A stretch of DNA of 64,000 nucleotides from an uncultured Armatimonadia bacterium (GCA_963749155.1 CAVVLO010000004.1:64001-128000); one strand, 5' to 3'. Numbered from the stretch's first letter, positions 44,948 to 55,567 are shown. Made by a program: numbers and translations. Notes: generated from the letters alone by a model not told the origin.

Positions 44948-47155
44948 TTACTTCTTGATCTCGAGCGTTGTAGGCTCGGAGACGAGTCCATCGGCGTTTT
45001 CAGCGACTGCAGTGAACTTGTAGTAGATATTCTTCACTGGCAAGAGGGAAGCTACCCGAAGGTTGATCTCCTCGGTCACGAAATAGCCACTCTCATCCGC
45101 CGTGACATGAACCTCGGCCAGTTGGCCATCCTGCTCGAGAATCGAGACGATACGGCCTCGCCAGGTGACGGTTACAGTGACTTCGGCAAGAGGCTGAGTA
45201 GTGCCCTCGATGATGATTTTGCTGCCCAGTGTCATACCTTCAACTGGATTGATGAAGACAGGCTGCAGGTCGCCGCCCGGCACCAGTCGGACTGGCTCAG
45301 TAGCGACGGCAGTCAGGCTATCCCCTTCTGGCAGTTCCAGGGTGACTGTGACAGTAGTATCGAGAGGTTCAGTCAAATCGGGCACCAGCCAGGTGCCGAT
45401 ATAGGTGCCTGGACTTTCGGACAGCTCGGTCATCGGCTCTAGAACGCCACCCTCGCCGAGGGTAAAGGTCGCAATGCCCCCAGCAGGCCCTGTTGCGGTC
45501 ACCTGGAGCGTGCGGCCCGAGGCAAGTGCCACCCCAAGAGCGTTGTGGGTTACGGCAAGCTCGGCGGCTGCGGGGGTATCCGGCGCGTCACCGACAGTAA
45601 ACGTCCAGTTGTACTGGGTCAGGTTGCCTGCCAGATCTCGCGCGGAAGCGCTCACATGGATATCGCCCGTTGGGAGTGGCTCAGGCAAGATGGTGATTAG
45701 CGTGCCCTGGCGTTCGATTGCAGCGGGTAGAAGGATGTCTTCCTGACTTATATCCACGGTTACCGAGTCATAATCGACGCCCGAGCCCCCTTCGTCAGCC
45801 AGTCTCAGTGCCAGCAAGGGCGAAGGATTGGTGGTACGGTCGCCCTGGGTCAACCCATACGGAGTGAGGACAGGCGCAACGGTGTCGATGGTCACGGGCA
45901 ACTCGGCCTGAGCTGGTTCAGCCAACGAGTCACCAACTCTGAGATGTCCGACTAGCGGCACCCCAGAGACATCCATCCCCGCTGCGATAGTCAGTTGCCC
46001 GCTATAACGGCCTGGACGCTGACGCGACTCGTTCATCGGGACATTAACTCTGAGCTCGCCCAAGTCATAGGTGGCAGTGCCGGCTGGAGTTCCTTCCAGT
46101 GTAACGAGAAGCACATCGCCAGCCTTCAGGGGCGTATCGGCATTATGGTAGAACTGCTCGATTACGGCTTCGACCACGGAAGGCGTGTCCGGAGTAGGCG
46201 TGGTGGGGGTAGTCGGAGCCGCAGCGGCCAGGGTGATGCCCCAGACCTGGACCGTGCCTGGCGTCATCCGCACTGACACCTGCTGACCGACCTTCACATC
46301 AGCATAAGTGAGGGTTGTGCCAGCCTCATCCTTAACGACTACCTCGGGTTGCACCTGGAGTATGTCCGAGCGAGAATCCAGCATCAACTGGTTGGGCACC
46401 TTGGCGACCACCTTGCCTGTGACAGCCTCGTAGGTCGCGCGGATGAGGGTAGCGATATTGCCACCAGAGAAATGAACCTCTGCCTGGTCGCCTGCGGCAA
46501 GCACTGTCGGGTTTACGACCTGGGCGCCCTGACGCAAGAGGATGGTCGTGGGGGTGATCCCAAAGAGCCGCAGTTCTCCATCAAGAGTCAGGGCGATGCG
46601 ATCAGCCAGCGCCGAGGCGACAATCCCTGTTACTGTGCCGCTATCAGGCACCGCCGGCGTGGTTGGCGTGGTTGGAGTGGTTGGAGTTGTTGGAATCACA
46701 GGATCGGTTGGGATGATCGGGATAACAGGCGTCTCATCCAGCGGCGGCAGAGTTACTTCCGCGACCTGAGTAGCGGGATTCCACTTAACTTCGGCGCCAA
46801 AAGCCTCGGCTGGGAAGCGCAGGGGCACATAGGTCGTGCCGCGCAGGAGCTGGGGCGGTACGTCAAGGCCAGTCGCTCGCCCGTTGATATAGGCGATGGG
46901 ATTACCGATGCTCATCTGCACCTCGACATCGCCGCGCACTCCAACGGCGGTGCGAGTTATGGCATCCCAGGTCACCGTGGCGCCAAGTGACTCGAAGACC
47001 AGGCGCATTGGCAGCAAGGTCCGGCCGCTCATTGAGACAGCGGGGGGACTTGATGGCAACTGCTGACCGTTGACGATGACGGTTATTGCGAAGCAGGCAG
47101 GAGCGAATACGAGGAGCAGCAGGAGCGTCAGGCCAAGTCGGGTGGTAGTCTTCAT
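44948..47155 (-). CDS. Copper-amine-oxidase N-terminal (stalk) domain cell-surface protein with PT-rich linkers and Ig-like domains
   Basis: GRTLLPMRLVFESLGATVTWD, TYVPLRFPAEAFGAEVKW, PTTPTTPTTP, IDTVAP. GAGGGAGG RBS. Confidence 0.85.
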   Translation of the reverse strand: MKTTTRLGLTLLLLLVFAPACFAITVIVNGQQLPSSPPAVSMSGRTLLPMRLVFESLGATVTWDAITRTAVGVRGDVEVQMSIGNPIAYINGRATGLDVPPQLLRGTTYVPLRFPAEAFGAEVKWNPATQVAEVTLPPLDETPVIPIIPTDPVIPTTPTTPTTPTTPAVPDSGTVTGIVASALADRIALTLDGELRLFGITPTTILLRQGAQVVNPTVLAAGDQAEVHFSGGNIATLIRATYEAVTGKVVAKVPNQLMLDSRSDILQVQPEVVVKDEAGTTLTYADVKVGQQVSVRMTPGTVQVWGITLAAAAPTTPTTPTPDTPSVVEAVIEQFYHNADTPLKAGDVLLVTLEGTPAGTATYDLGELRVNVPMNESRQRPGRYSGQLTIAAGMDVSGVPLVGHLRVGDSLAEPAQAELPVTIDTVAPVLTPYGLTQGDRTTNPSPLLALRLADEGGSGVDYDSVTVDISQEDILLPAAIERQGTLITILPEPLPTGDIHVSASARDLAGNLTQYNWTFTVGDAPDTPAAAELAVTHNALGVALASGRTLQVTATGPAGGIATFTLGEGGVLEPMTELSESPGTYIGTWLVPDLTEPLDTTVTVTLELPEGDSLTAVATEPVRLVPGGDLQPVFINPVEGMTLGSKIIIEGTTQPLAEVTVTVTWRGRIVSILEQDGQLAEVHVTADESGYFVTEEINLRVASLLPVKNIYYKFTAVAENADGLVSEPTTLEIKK

Positions 47156-47197
47156 AGTAAATTCCTCCCTCGGTGGGTTACGTCTACCATTGTACCC

Positions 47198-47224
47198 CTT
47201 CGAGTGGATTTTCACCTCTCCTGC
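47198..47224 (-). promoter_or_regulatory. SigH-like promoter motif
   Basis: Minus strand GCAGGA-N17-GAAG. Confidence 0.6.
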
Positions 47225-47287
47225 CTTGTGAAGAATCCAGGGGGAAAGTAGACTGCCTCACATAAGAGATTTGTGGGGTGCAAGGTG

Positions 47288-49024
47288 ATGAGCGAACATG
47301 ACCGACTGGCCTGGTGGCGGGCGGCCCGATTCGGGATGATAATCCACTGGGGCCTGTATGCCCTGCCGGCTGGCGAGTGGAAGGGTCAACAGATGGAGTA
47401 TATAGGCGAGTGGCTGCAGAGTCGCTTCCGCATCCCTGGCGCCGAATATTCCACGCTGGCTGAACGCTTCAACCCTCAGGGTTTCGATGCCGACGAATGG
47501 GTCAGGCTCGCGGCGCGGGCGGGGATGCGCTATATCATATTTACCGCAAAGCACCATGAAGGCTTTGCGATGTATCACTCCAGGGTGAGCGACTTCAATA
47601 TCGTGGACGCCACGCCCTTCGGGCGAGATCCGGCGGCTGAGCTTGCTGAAGCCTGCGCCAGGTATGGCGTGAAGCTTTGTTTCTACTATTCGCAAGACCT
47701 CGACTGGCATGAGGCCGATGGTGGGGGAACCGCGCCCGGCCTGTCCTCCAACTTCGGTATGAGCTGGGGCAACGACTGGGATTTCCCCGACCACGACGCG
47801 AAGGACTTCTCGCGCTTCTTCGAAGGGAAGGTGAAGCCGCAGGTCACTGAATTGCTGACCCAGTATGGGCCAATTGGGGCGCTGTGGTTCGATTGTCCAA
47901 TGACCCTCTCGCACGCCCAGAGTGAGGAGCTATACGCGCTGGCGCGCTCGCTGCAGCCCGACTGCGTGATGAATAGCCGCCTCGGGAATGGCCTGGGCGA
48001 TTATCAGAGCCTGGGCGACAACCTCATCCCCGCCGCGCCACTCGCCGGTGACTGGGAGGTCGTCGCGACCCTCAACGACACCTGGGGTTACAAGCGCAAC
48101 GACATCAACTGGAAGACTTCTCGGCAGGTGCTGGAGCTGCTGACCGGCCTTGCGGGTAAGGGCGTGAATTATGCCCTCAATGTCGGGCCGGATGAACTGG
48201 GACGCTTCCCTGAGGGGACAGTGCGCGTGCTGGAGGAGCTTGGCGAGTGGATGGACACGAACGCCGAGGCCATCCACGACACCGAGGCCACACCCTGGCC
48301 GCACGATTTGCCCACGGGCCCTGTCACCCGCGCGCCGAAGCGGCTCTACCTGCATCTGCACAACTGGCCTGAGAAGGAGCTCTCACTCGTTGGATTGTCT
48401 ACGCCAGTCAAGAGCGCGCAGTTGCTGGGGCAGCCAGACCAGCCGCTTCAGGTAGAGCAAAATCCTGCCGAAGGTTGGCAGCCCCCTCGCATACGCATCG
48501 ACCTGCCGGTGCTTGCCCCCAAGGGGGAGTTACCTGTCGTAAGGCTTGACCTGTCAGACGAGGCAGAAGTCGAGCCCGGCTTGCTGCAGCAGGCGGATGG
48601 GTCGCTCTACCTGCCCGCGACCAGCGCCGACACTACTCTCGCGCGCTCTCCCCTCGGCACGGTGGAAGGCTGGCATACGCCGGAGGGCGAGTTGGTCTGG
48701 TATTTCCGCGTCCATCAGCCTGGGAGCTTCGAGGTCAGGTTGCTGACCAGCGCGCTTTGGCACAGCGCCCCCTGGGAGGGCGGCCATCTGGTGCAGCTCG
48801 AGGTCGCGGGGCAGCGGCTGACGGCGCGCCTCGAGGCCGATGAAGTTATCGAGAACGCTGCTACGAGTTGCTATGCCCTGGCGGCTTCTAGCTGCGGAAG
48901 GCTGAACTTGCCAGAGGCTGGCGAATATGAACTGCGGCTTACAGCACTCGAGGTAGCGCCGACCACGGCGGGGCTTGCCCTTATGGCGGCCCAGTTGCTG
49001 CCAGTCAAGGAGGATGCCCAGTGA
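47288..49024 (+). CDS. Alpha-L-fucosidase, GH29, with C-terminal beta-sandwich
   Basis: RFGMIIHWG, TAKHHEGF, YYSQDLDW, LWFD, NSR, TWGY, LNVGP. Confidence 0.92.
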   Translation: MSEHDRLAWWRAARFGMIIHWGLYALPAGEWKGQQMEYIGEWLQSRFRIPGAEYSTLAERFNPQGFDADEWVRLAARAGMRYIIFTAKHHEGFAMYHSRVSDFNIVDATPFGRDPAAELAEACARYGVKLCFYYSQDLDWHEADGGGTAPGLSSNFGMSWGNDWDFPDHDAKDFSRFFEGKVKPQVTELLTQYGPIGALWFDCPMTLSHAQSEELYALARSLQPDCVMNSRLGNGLGDYQSLGDNLIPAAPLAGDWEVVATLNDTWGYKRNDINWKTSRQVLELLTGLAGKGVNYALNVGPDELGRFPEGTVRVLEELGEWMDTNAEAIHDTEATPWPHDLPTGPVTRAPKRLYLHLHNWPEKELSLVGLSTPVKSAQLLGQPDQPLQVEQNPAEGWQPPRIRIDLPVLAPKGELPVVRLDLSDEAEVEPGLLQQADGSLYLPATSADTTLARSPLGTVEGWHTPEGELVWYFRVHQPGSFEVRLLTSALWHSAPWEGGHLVQLEVAGQRLTARLEADEVIENAATSCYALAASSCGRLNLPEAGEYELRLTALEVAPTTAGLALMAAQLLPVKEDAQ

Positions 49025-51051
49025 ATCTGCTTCAATTAATGCTCATCATACTTGGGATTGGCCTGATTTCGACTGCCACCTTTGCTGCGCGAACCTATAC
49101 CTTCGATGGGCCGCCTTCGCAGGAGGTCATCGAGAATTACCTTTCGCGCTCGATGGAGTACCTGGGCCTGTGCTGTGAGAGCGACTCAGGGCCTGCGCCG
49201 CACTTCGAGGACAATGTCCGCCTCATCCTGAACACAGGCAGCAAGTTCATCGGGCGCGCGGCCTACGCCTGGGACTGCCCCAAGGATGATGAAAAGCATT
49301 TCGCGGTGGCCGCCGAGAACGCCCGCAGGCTGCATGAGCTGGATCCGGAGCTGGTGCTGCAGGCCTGCGTCTTCGAGACGACTTACTCGCGCGCGGCCCG
49401 AGGGCCAAATGGTTATGGCGTGGAGGACATCCCCATCCCCGCCTGGGTGTTCGAGGAGTTCGGCTTGCCTGTAGAGCAACGCAATTTCAGCTACGAGGGG
49501 ATGCTCTTCCCCGATGGTCGGTCGCGCGATGTTTGGGGGCCAGGCGCCTCAGCGCCCGACATCACAAGGCTGGAGACCCAGTTATGGTTCTTCTATCGCG
49601 CGAAGCGTTATATCGACGCAGGTTACGAGGCAATCCACTTCGGCCAGGCAGGCTGGATTGGCGTGGGCGACACCGACCACAGTGTTTGGGCTGGGTTGCT
49701 TGCGCGAGTCCGCCAGTATGCAGCCCAGCATGCGCGACGCCACTGGGTCTTCTGTGATGCCCATATCGCGACCGCGGGCATCAATCCGTGCGTGGAATAC
49801 AACGGCGTGTTGCTCTGGGATCTGGTCGGCTTCCCGCTGAGGCCTGTGGAGGGCTTCGCAGCCTCTTTCGGCGACACTCGAAGTGGGCTGGCTGGACGCT
49901 CTTTACCAGCGCGTGCCGGGCGGACGCCATCCGGCAGGCTGGGAGTGCGAGGCGCTGCCCCAGTATTATGAACTGGACAACTGCCAGTCGGGACTCTCGG
50001 TGGGCGGTGGCATCTTCGTCTGGGGCGCGGACGAGTCCACCTGGTTCGCCAACCTCCCCGAGGCGGAACGCAACCGCTGGCTGGCCTATGCGTGGCAGTG
50101 GATCTGGGACAACGCCCCTTCGGGGTATCTGGAGATGCCCGGGCGCAGGCCCGCCCAGACACCGGTGTGGGCGCCGACCAACTGGAGCTATATACTCAAC
50201 ACGCCGAGTGAAGCCTGCCCCGAGGGCTTTGGGCAGGAAGAGACCGTGAAGGCCCTCTGGGCTGACCCACGCTACGCCGACAACTCGACAAGGCCCAAAC
50301 CGCCGCACTAACCAGCAGACACTTGCCTCCGAGCCCAAGCTGTTGCTGCACTGGGACCTCTCCAAGACCGAACCGACGGGCGACGGGGCACTGCTTATCC
50401 CCAACCAGGCCGGTGAAGGCTTCGAGGGCGAGTTGAAGGTGGACACCGTTGCGCGACTGACCGCCATCTATCAGTGTTTCGGCACCGGAGCCACCCCGGA
50501 GCAACGCGCTTCCGCCAAAGAATCCCTCGAAGAGGTCAGAAAGGCAACTGGGAGGCCTCTTTGAAGAGGGCACGAAAGGCGCAGCAGTGCGCTTCGATGG
50601 GAAGGCAAGGGCGGAGGCGCTACCCTCCTCCGAGCTTGCGCCTCCAGCCCTTTCGGTCGCCCTTTGGGTGAAGATTGAGAGCTTTGATTCGTCCCTCTTC
50701 CCGCTGGACAAGTCGGTGTGGATGCAGTCGGGCTGGTACCTCAAGTATCACCAGCCGGCCGATGAGTTCTACGCCGAGGTGTTCGATGGAGGCTCGGAGC
50801 GTCGGGTAGCCCACTTCACTGGTGTGAAGCCAGGCGTCTGGACACATCTGGCCTTCGTAGCCGATGGCACCAGCCTGTCGGCTTATGTTGATGGCGCGTT
50901 GACCGAACGCGTGCCGGCAGGGCCGGTCGTCACCAACGGCCTGCCACTGATTGTCGGCAAGAACTGCCCAGGCGTCAGTCTGCGCGACCTGCGCCTCTGG
51001 ACGGGAGCGCTCTCCCCCGCCCAGGTGACCGAACTGGCTTCGGAGGGCTAA
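49021..51051 (+). CDS. Secreted hypothetical protein with C-terminal LamG-like domain (about 3 frameshifts)
   Basis: ORFs 49021, 49883, 50343 and 50587 chain together: QACVFE, YIDAGYEAIHFGQ, CDAH, YYELDN, WGADESTWF, LEMPG, then WTHLAFV.DG..AYVDG. Confidence 0.6.
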
Positions 51052-52544
51052 GGAGTTACGGTAACGGCAAGGCTGGCGCGCGGTGAATTGCTCGGATCCT
51101 GGGGGTTCCAGAAAGCCTCGAAGGCGCCTTGCCAGGCCTCTCCCGCGGTCGCGTGGGGCCCGGGCCGAGCGCGCAAGTCCAGCGCGCCTGTTTCGCCCGG
51201 TTGGAGCATCCGTGTGAATACATAGCCCTCTTCAGTGCGCGCAAGGTCAGCGACTTCCAGCCCCTCAGCGCGGCAGGAGAGCGTCCAGCCAGGCGTTGTT
51301 TCAACCAGGCGCAGGGCAGGCATACAGGCGACGCTGCCGGTGTTGGTGAGCAGCACCTGGAACTCTGCCGGCGCGCTTTCGTTTGCCTTCCGAAGGGCCA
51401 GTTGGAGTGTTTCGCCCGGCCCTTTGAGGTAGCGGATGGCCTTCATCACCAGGTTGGTGAAGCTGTTCGGCCTGGTCTCGGGTACGATGCTGTAAGGGCC
51501 GTCATACCAGCTTTCGAAAAGATAACGATCGGCGCGCCCCCCTTCGGCCTGATACTTCTGCAGCGCCTCCAGGCTGCGCGCTGCATAGCGAGCATCCCAG
51601 TCGTCGGGCGAGAGGCCTTCGTATTCTCGACCAGAGTCGTTGCAGATGAAAGTGTGCCTCGCGCCGAAGGAATGCAGCCAGCGCTCGTAGGTGCGGATCT
51701 TCTCCCGGTGCAGCCGCACAGCGACGGGGTCGGCCCAGTCCCAGGTATAGTTCTGGGGGCTGTCGGTTGTGAAAGCCACCAGTGGGGCGCCCTCTTCCCG
51801 GCTGACCTTGAAGCAGGAAGAAAAGATGTCATAGCCATCCCAGTCGAAAGAGACTTCTTTACCGTCGACGAGAATCGGGTTGCCCTCATCGTCCTTCAGT
51901 GGAGCGAGGGTAAGCTCGTTCTTGCCGTAGGTCGGCATCCCCGCCCACTTGAAATAGACGGGCGAATCCACCAGGCCGATGGCCAGGTCGGGCACGCCTG
52001 CGCGCAGGGCGCGTATATAGTCGCGCCAATAGCCGGCGAAGGCCGGCCCCTCGTCAGGATAGCCTTCTCTGTCGCCTGTAATATGGACGAACAGGTCGCG
52101 GCTGGTCCAATTTGGATATTGTTGAGCAACCACCTTGAAGATGAAGATATGCCAGTCGACGCCAACCTCTTCGATAGGAAGGCCGAAGCCGCGCAGCTTC
52201 TGGACGCGAGCAGCGTCCGTCTCCCCCGCAACGCGTCCTAGCTTGTCATCGGCCTCAAAGGTGGTGTGCGGCCAACCAACTTCCAGGGCAAGCCCGCAGT
52301 CCACTTCGGCGAGTTCTGCGGCCAGCTTCGGCGCCACTTCGGGCACGGCCTCATCCCAGCACCAATAAGCCCCATGCAGGAAGAAGCCGTCCATGTTGTG
52401 TTTTACGAAGTCCCACTCGGCGTCAGGCTCAACCAACTGAGCCATATTACGATAACCGCCCCAGTAGAGCTCAGCGGGGATGCGACAACTCGCGCCCCAG
52501 GTGCAAGCGGCGACAAGCAGCAGAACCAGAGCAATCGCGCGCAT
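51048..52544 (-). CDS. Secreted hypothetical protein
   Basis: 498-aa ORF with signal peptide and AAGGAG RBS; no family recognised. Confidence 0.7.
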   Translation of the reverse strand: MRAIALVLLLVAACTWGASCRIPAELYWGGYRNMAQLVEPDAEWDFVKHNMDGFFLHGAYWCWDEAVPEVAPKLAAELAEVDCGLALEVGWPHTTFEADDKLGRVAGETDAARVQKLRGFGLPIEEVGVDWHIFIFKVVAQQYPNWTSRDLFVHITGDREGYPDEGPAFAGYWRDYIRALRAGVPDLAIGLVDSPVYFKWAGMPTYGKNELTLAPLKDDEGNPILVDGKEVSFDWDGYDIFSSCFKVSREEGAPLVAFTTDSPQNYTWDWADPVAVRLHREKIRTYERWLHSFGARHTFICNDSGREYEGLSPDDWDARYAARSLEALQKYQAEGGRADRYLFESWYDGPYSIVPETRPNSFTNLVMKAIRYLKGPGETLQLALRKANESAPAEFQVLLTNTGSVACMPALRLVETTPGWTLSCRAEGLEVADLARTEEGYVFTRMLQPGETGALDLRARPGPHATAGEAWQGAFEAFWNPQDPSNSPRASLAVTVTP

Positions 52545-52559
52545 TGGCAGGTCTCCTTG

Positions 52560-53933
52560 TTACCCCTTATCCGGCAGGTCGTACATAGCCTGGATGTAGG
52601 GGTGATCTTCGGAATACTCGGTCAGTGGCTTGGGATTGGCGACACGGCCGAGGGGGCGGCAACCCGCGCCAGTCACGCCGGTCCGGGCATCTCCAAGGTC
52701 GGCCCGGCAGGCCGCGAGGCGCGCGAGCAGGTCCTGGACAACAACCGGATGAGCCTCGGCCAGGTTGGTTGTCTCGGAAAGGTCGGCTTCGAGGTCGTAC
52801 AGCTCGAGCAATTCCTGCCCCCGCTTGGCCACGTGAAGCTTCCACTTGCCCGAGCGCACAGCTTCGAGATCGTCGCACTGGTAGTAGAAGAACTGCTCAT
52901 GCCGGCTGGCCGCGCCCTCTTCGCCTGTCAGCAGCGGGGCGAGGTCCTTCCCGTCGAGAGTGCGATCGGTGGGGAGTTCGGCCCCCGCCAGGCCCGCGAG
53001 TGTCGGCAGGAAGTCAATCGCAGAGGCTACCTCGGAGCAGACCCTCCCCGCAGGGACGACGCCCGGCCAGCGCGCGATGAGCGGGACGCGCATCCCGCCC
53101 TCCCAGGTGGTGCCTTTGGTGCCGCGCAGTGGGCCATTAGTACCGCCATGAGTGCAACGGGCGCCGTTGTCGCTGGTGAACAGCACGAGGGTGTCCTCAT
53201 CCAGCCCGAGCCGCTCTAGCTCATCAAGCAGCACAGCCACGCTCCAGTCAATCTCAGCAACCGCACCGCCGTAGGCGCCGTTCTGGGAATCCTTGAGGAA
53301 GGACTCCGGCACGAAGAGCGGCAGATGGACATACATATGGGCGAAGTAGAGGAAGAAGGGCCCCTCCCTGCTTTCGCGCAGGAAGCGGACACACTCCTCG
53401 ACATAACGCTCGGTGAGGGCGGCGAGGTCCGGCTGGGCCTGGATGACCTCCTCATCGCGCAGCAGAGGCAGCGGCGGCCACTCTCGCCCACCACCCGTCT
53501 GGCGCCCCATATCGTTGCTGTAAGGCAGGCCGTAATAGGAATCAAACCCAAACCGCGTCGGCAGGAACTCCGGCTGGTCGCCGCAGTGCCACTTCCCCAC
53601 CAGCCTGGTAGCGTAGCCGCGCTGTTTCAGCAACTGCGCGAGGGTGATCTCGTTCGAGTTCAGCCCAACAGCATCGCCGGGGAAGAGCACCCAGGCGCCA
53701 TCGAAAGAGCCAAAACCCAGCCGCGGTGGATAGCAGCCGGTCAGCATCGCACCGCGGGAGGGCGAGCAGACAGGCGCCGGCATATAGAAGTCGGTGAAGC
53801 GCGTGCCCTCAGCTGCCATCGCGTCCAGAGCTGGCGTGGCGTTAACCTCGGAGCCATAACAGCCCAGGTCACCCCAGCCGAGGTCGTCACAGTTGATGAG
53901 TATGATGTTGGGTCGGTCTCCACGTCCTGCCAC
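52560..53933 (-). CDS. Cys-type (formylglycine) sulfatase, arylsulfatase A-like
   Basis: PNIILINCDDLGWGD, CSPSRGAMLTG, GKWH, FTSDNG, KGTTWEGGMRVP. GTG start at 53933 after GGAGG. Confidence 0.93.
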   Translation of the reverse strand: MAGRGDRPNIILINCDDLGWGDLGCYGSEVNATPALDAMAAEGTRFTDFYMPAPVCSPSRGAMLTGCYPPRLGFGSFDGAWVLFPGDAVGLNSNEITLAQLLKQRGYATRLVGKWHCGDQPEFLPTRFGFDSYYGLPYSNDMGRQTGGGREWPPLPLLRDEEVIQAQPDLAALTERYVEECVRFLRESREGPFFLYFAHMYVHLPLFVPESFLKDSQNGAYGGAVAEIDWSVAVLLDELERLGLDEDTLVLFTSDNGARCTHGGTNGPLRGTKGTTWEGGMRVPLIARWPGVVPAGRVCSEVASAIDFLPTLAGLAGAELPTDRTLDGKDLAPLLTGEEGAASRHEQFFYYQCDDLEAVRSGKWKLHVAKRGQELLELYDLEADLSETTNLAEAHPVVVQDLLARLAACRADLGDARTGVTGAGCRPLGRVANPKPLTEYSEDHPYIQAMYDLPDKG

Positions 53934-53934
53934 C

Positions 53935-55392
53935 TTAGCGCACCTCCGCGCCCCAGACAGCACTGGCCTGCACCTCGCCGATGGGCGCCTGCCCCGCGAC
54001 AAGTGGCTGAGTGGAGCCGCTGCTGACCACGTCGCTCAGATAAAGCCGCTCTATCGTGCCAGCCTGATGGTCTACCAGTTTGTCGAGTCCCTCCAGGGTG
54101 AGGCCGGAGAGGCGCAGGCAGCCGATAGCCGCATGCTCCGTCGTCTGGATGAGGGAGCCCTGATCGGCCGGAACAGCCTTCCGCACCACCTGAGAGTTGC
54201 GAACGATGAGGTTATCCACCGGGCAGAAGACCTGGATGTAGTCTATTGGCGCAGTCTGGTCTTCCTTCTCGTAGATATGCCAACCGTCCAGGATGACATT
54301 GCCGAAGTGGGACGCCTCTGCCACCTGGTCATCGTTGGGCGTATGGAAGGGGATGCCCAAATCGATGAGACGCAGCGGTTTGTCCGGGGTGTGATGGCTG
54401 ATATTACGCAGCGTAATAGTGTCGAACTTGCCCCCGAGCCGGAAGAGGAACGGCCCTGTATATTCGTATTTATGGGTTGTCTGGCGCAGGTCAATGTTTT
54501 CCAGCGTGATACTGCCGAAGTTGCCGCCCGAGCCCGGGAACCACGCGTTGATGAAGAAGCCGAATCCCTTGACGGTGCCCGTCACATTGCGCACATAGAC
54601 ACGATCAAGACGCCCAGTGCCGCGCGAGAGCATCCGTATCCCCTGATCTGCGTCATTAAGATAGACTCCATCGATGAACACGTCGGTGATATCGGAGATG
54701 CTGTCGTGCTCATCAGGCGCCAGTGCGATGAAGTCGTCGCCCGAGCAGCCCATTATGTTGTGCATGTTCAGGTATTGGCCTGGCCCCCAGAAGTGGATGC
54801 CATCCTGATTCTGCGCATACATATTCTCGGGCAGTTCGATGGTGATATCTTCCATCGTTACCCGGAACCAGTTGGCCAGCAGCATCGCAAAGGTGCGCTG
54901 GTTGCGGATGGTCACATCGCGCAGAGTGAGATACTCGACGCCGTAGAACTCCATCGTCATAACCCAGCGCGTGCCCTCGAAGACCTCAGGGGCGTCGGGA
55001 TCACTGATGTGATGTTCCTGGCCCAGGCAGTTGTGGTTGTAGGTGCCCCCGAGCAGCGTAATGTTGCGGTCCTGGATGGTCTTGAAATCCAGATGGGCGT
55101 TCTGGATTATTGACCGGTTGGCGCCCGAGGCGAGGAAGAAGCCGCAATCCCTGGTTTGGCACTCGATTGTAGTGTTGGAGTGGACGTTAAGACCGCGCAC
55201 GAGGGCCGCGCCGTCCATCACAAGGCGCAAGCCGCCCCATTCGGGGGCCTTATCGAGGATGGCCTGCAGCACCTCGGTGTCATCGGTGCCTCCGCCCTCT
55301 CTCACGTCGCTGTCGAGTTTCGCATAAGTGCTCGCGTAGACAGTGAAACGGCCCGCGCCTTCCTGTGAGATGATCTCTTCCGGTATGGCCAT
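53935..55392 (-). CDS. Right-handed beta-helix GH28/pectin-lyase-like protein
   Basis: GGTDDTEVLQAILD, NQDGIH, SGDDFIAL, GIRM. Confidence 0.75.
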   Translation of the reverse strand: MAIPEEIISQEGAGRFTVYASTYAKLDSDVREGGGTDDTEVLQAILDKAPEWGGLRLVMDGAALVRGLNVHSNTTIECQTRDCGFFLASGANRSIIQNAHLDFKTIQDRNITLLGGTYNHNCLGQEHHISDPDAPEVFEGTRWVMTMEFYGVEYLTLRDVTIRNQRTFAMLLANWFRVTMEDITIELPENMYAQNQDGIHFWGPGQYLNMHNIMGCSGDDFIALAPDEHDSISDITDVFIDGVYLNDADQGIRMLSRGTGRLDRVYVRNVTGTVKGFGFFINAWFPGSGGNFGSITLENIDLRQTTHKYEYTGPFLFRLGGKFDTITLRNISHHTPDKPLRLIDLGIPFHTPNDDQVAEASHFGNVILDGWHIYEKEDQTAPIDYIQVFCPVDNLIVRNSQVVRKAVPADQGSLIQTTEHAAIGCLRLSGLTLEGLDKLVDHQAGTIERLYLSDVVSSGSTQPLVAGQAPIGEVQASAVWGAEVR

Positions 55393-55432
55393 ATGGATTC
55401 CCTCCCAAGGGCTAGTGCTGTAACGGGGCAGA

Positions 55433-55459
55433 CTTCGGGGCGAGAGGGGTCTTTCCTGC
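55433..55459 (-). promoter_or_regulatory. SigH-like promoter motif (leftward)
   Basis: Minus strand GCAGGA-N17-GAAG. Confidence 0.6.
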
Positions 55460-55497
55460 GGGAAGGGAGGCCGAGATGCGCTGACAACCGAAACCTC

Positions 55498-55518
55498 GCA
55501 GGGGCAATTTGCCCCTGC
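55498..55518. repeat. Perfect 10-bp inverted repeat
   Basis: GCAGGGGCAA-T-TTGCCCCTGC between the two divergent promoter motifs. Confidence 0.7.
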
Positions 55519-55540
55519 ACCCCGGTTTGGCTTCCCCCCG

Positions 55541-55567
55541 GCAGGCCCCTCCGCCGGCAGGTCGAAC
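55541..55567 (+). promoter_or_regulatory. SigH-like promoter motif (rightward)
   Basis: GCAGGC-N17-GAAC. Confidence 0.55.

Noticed and set aside
46655..46700. 9-bp tandem repeat (GGCGTGGTT/GGAGTGGTT)
   Set aside because: It encodes the PTT linker of the stalk-domain protein; ordinary coding low complexity.
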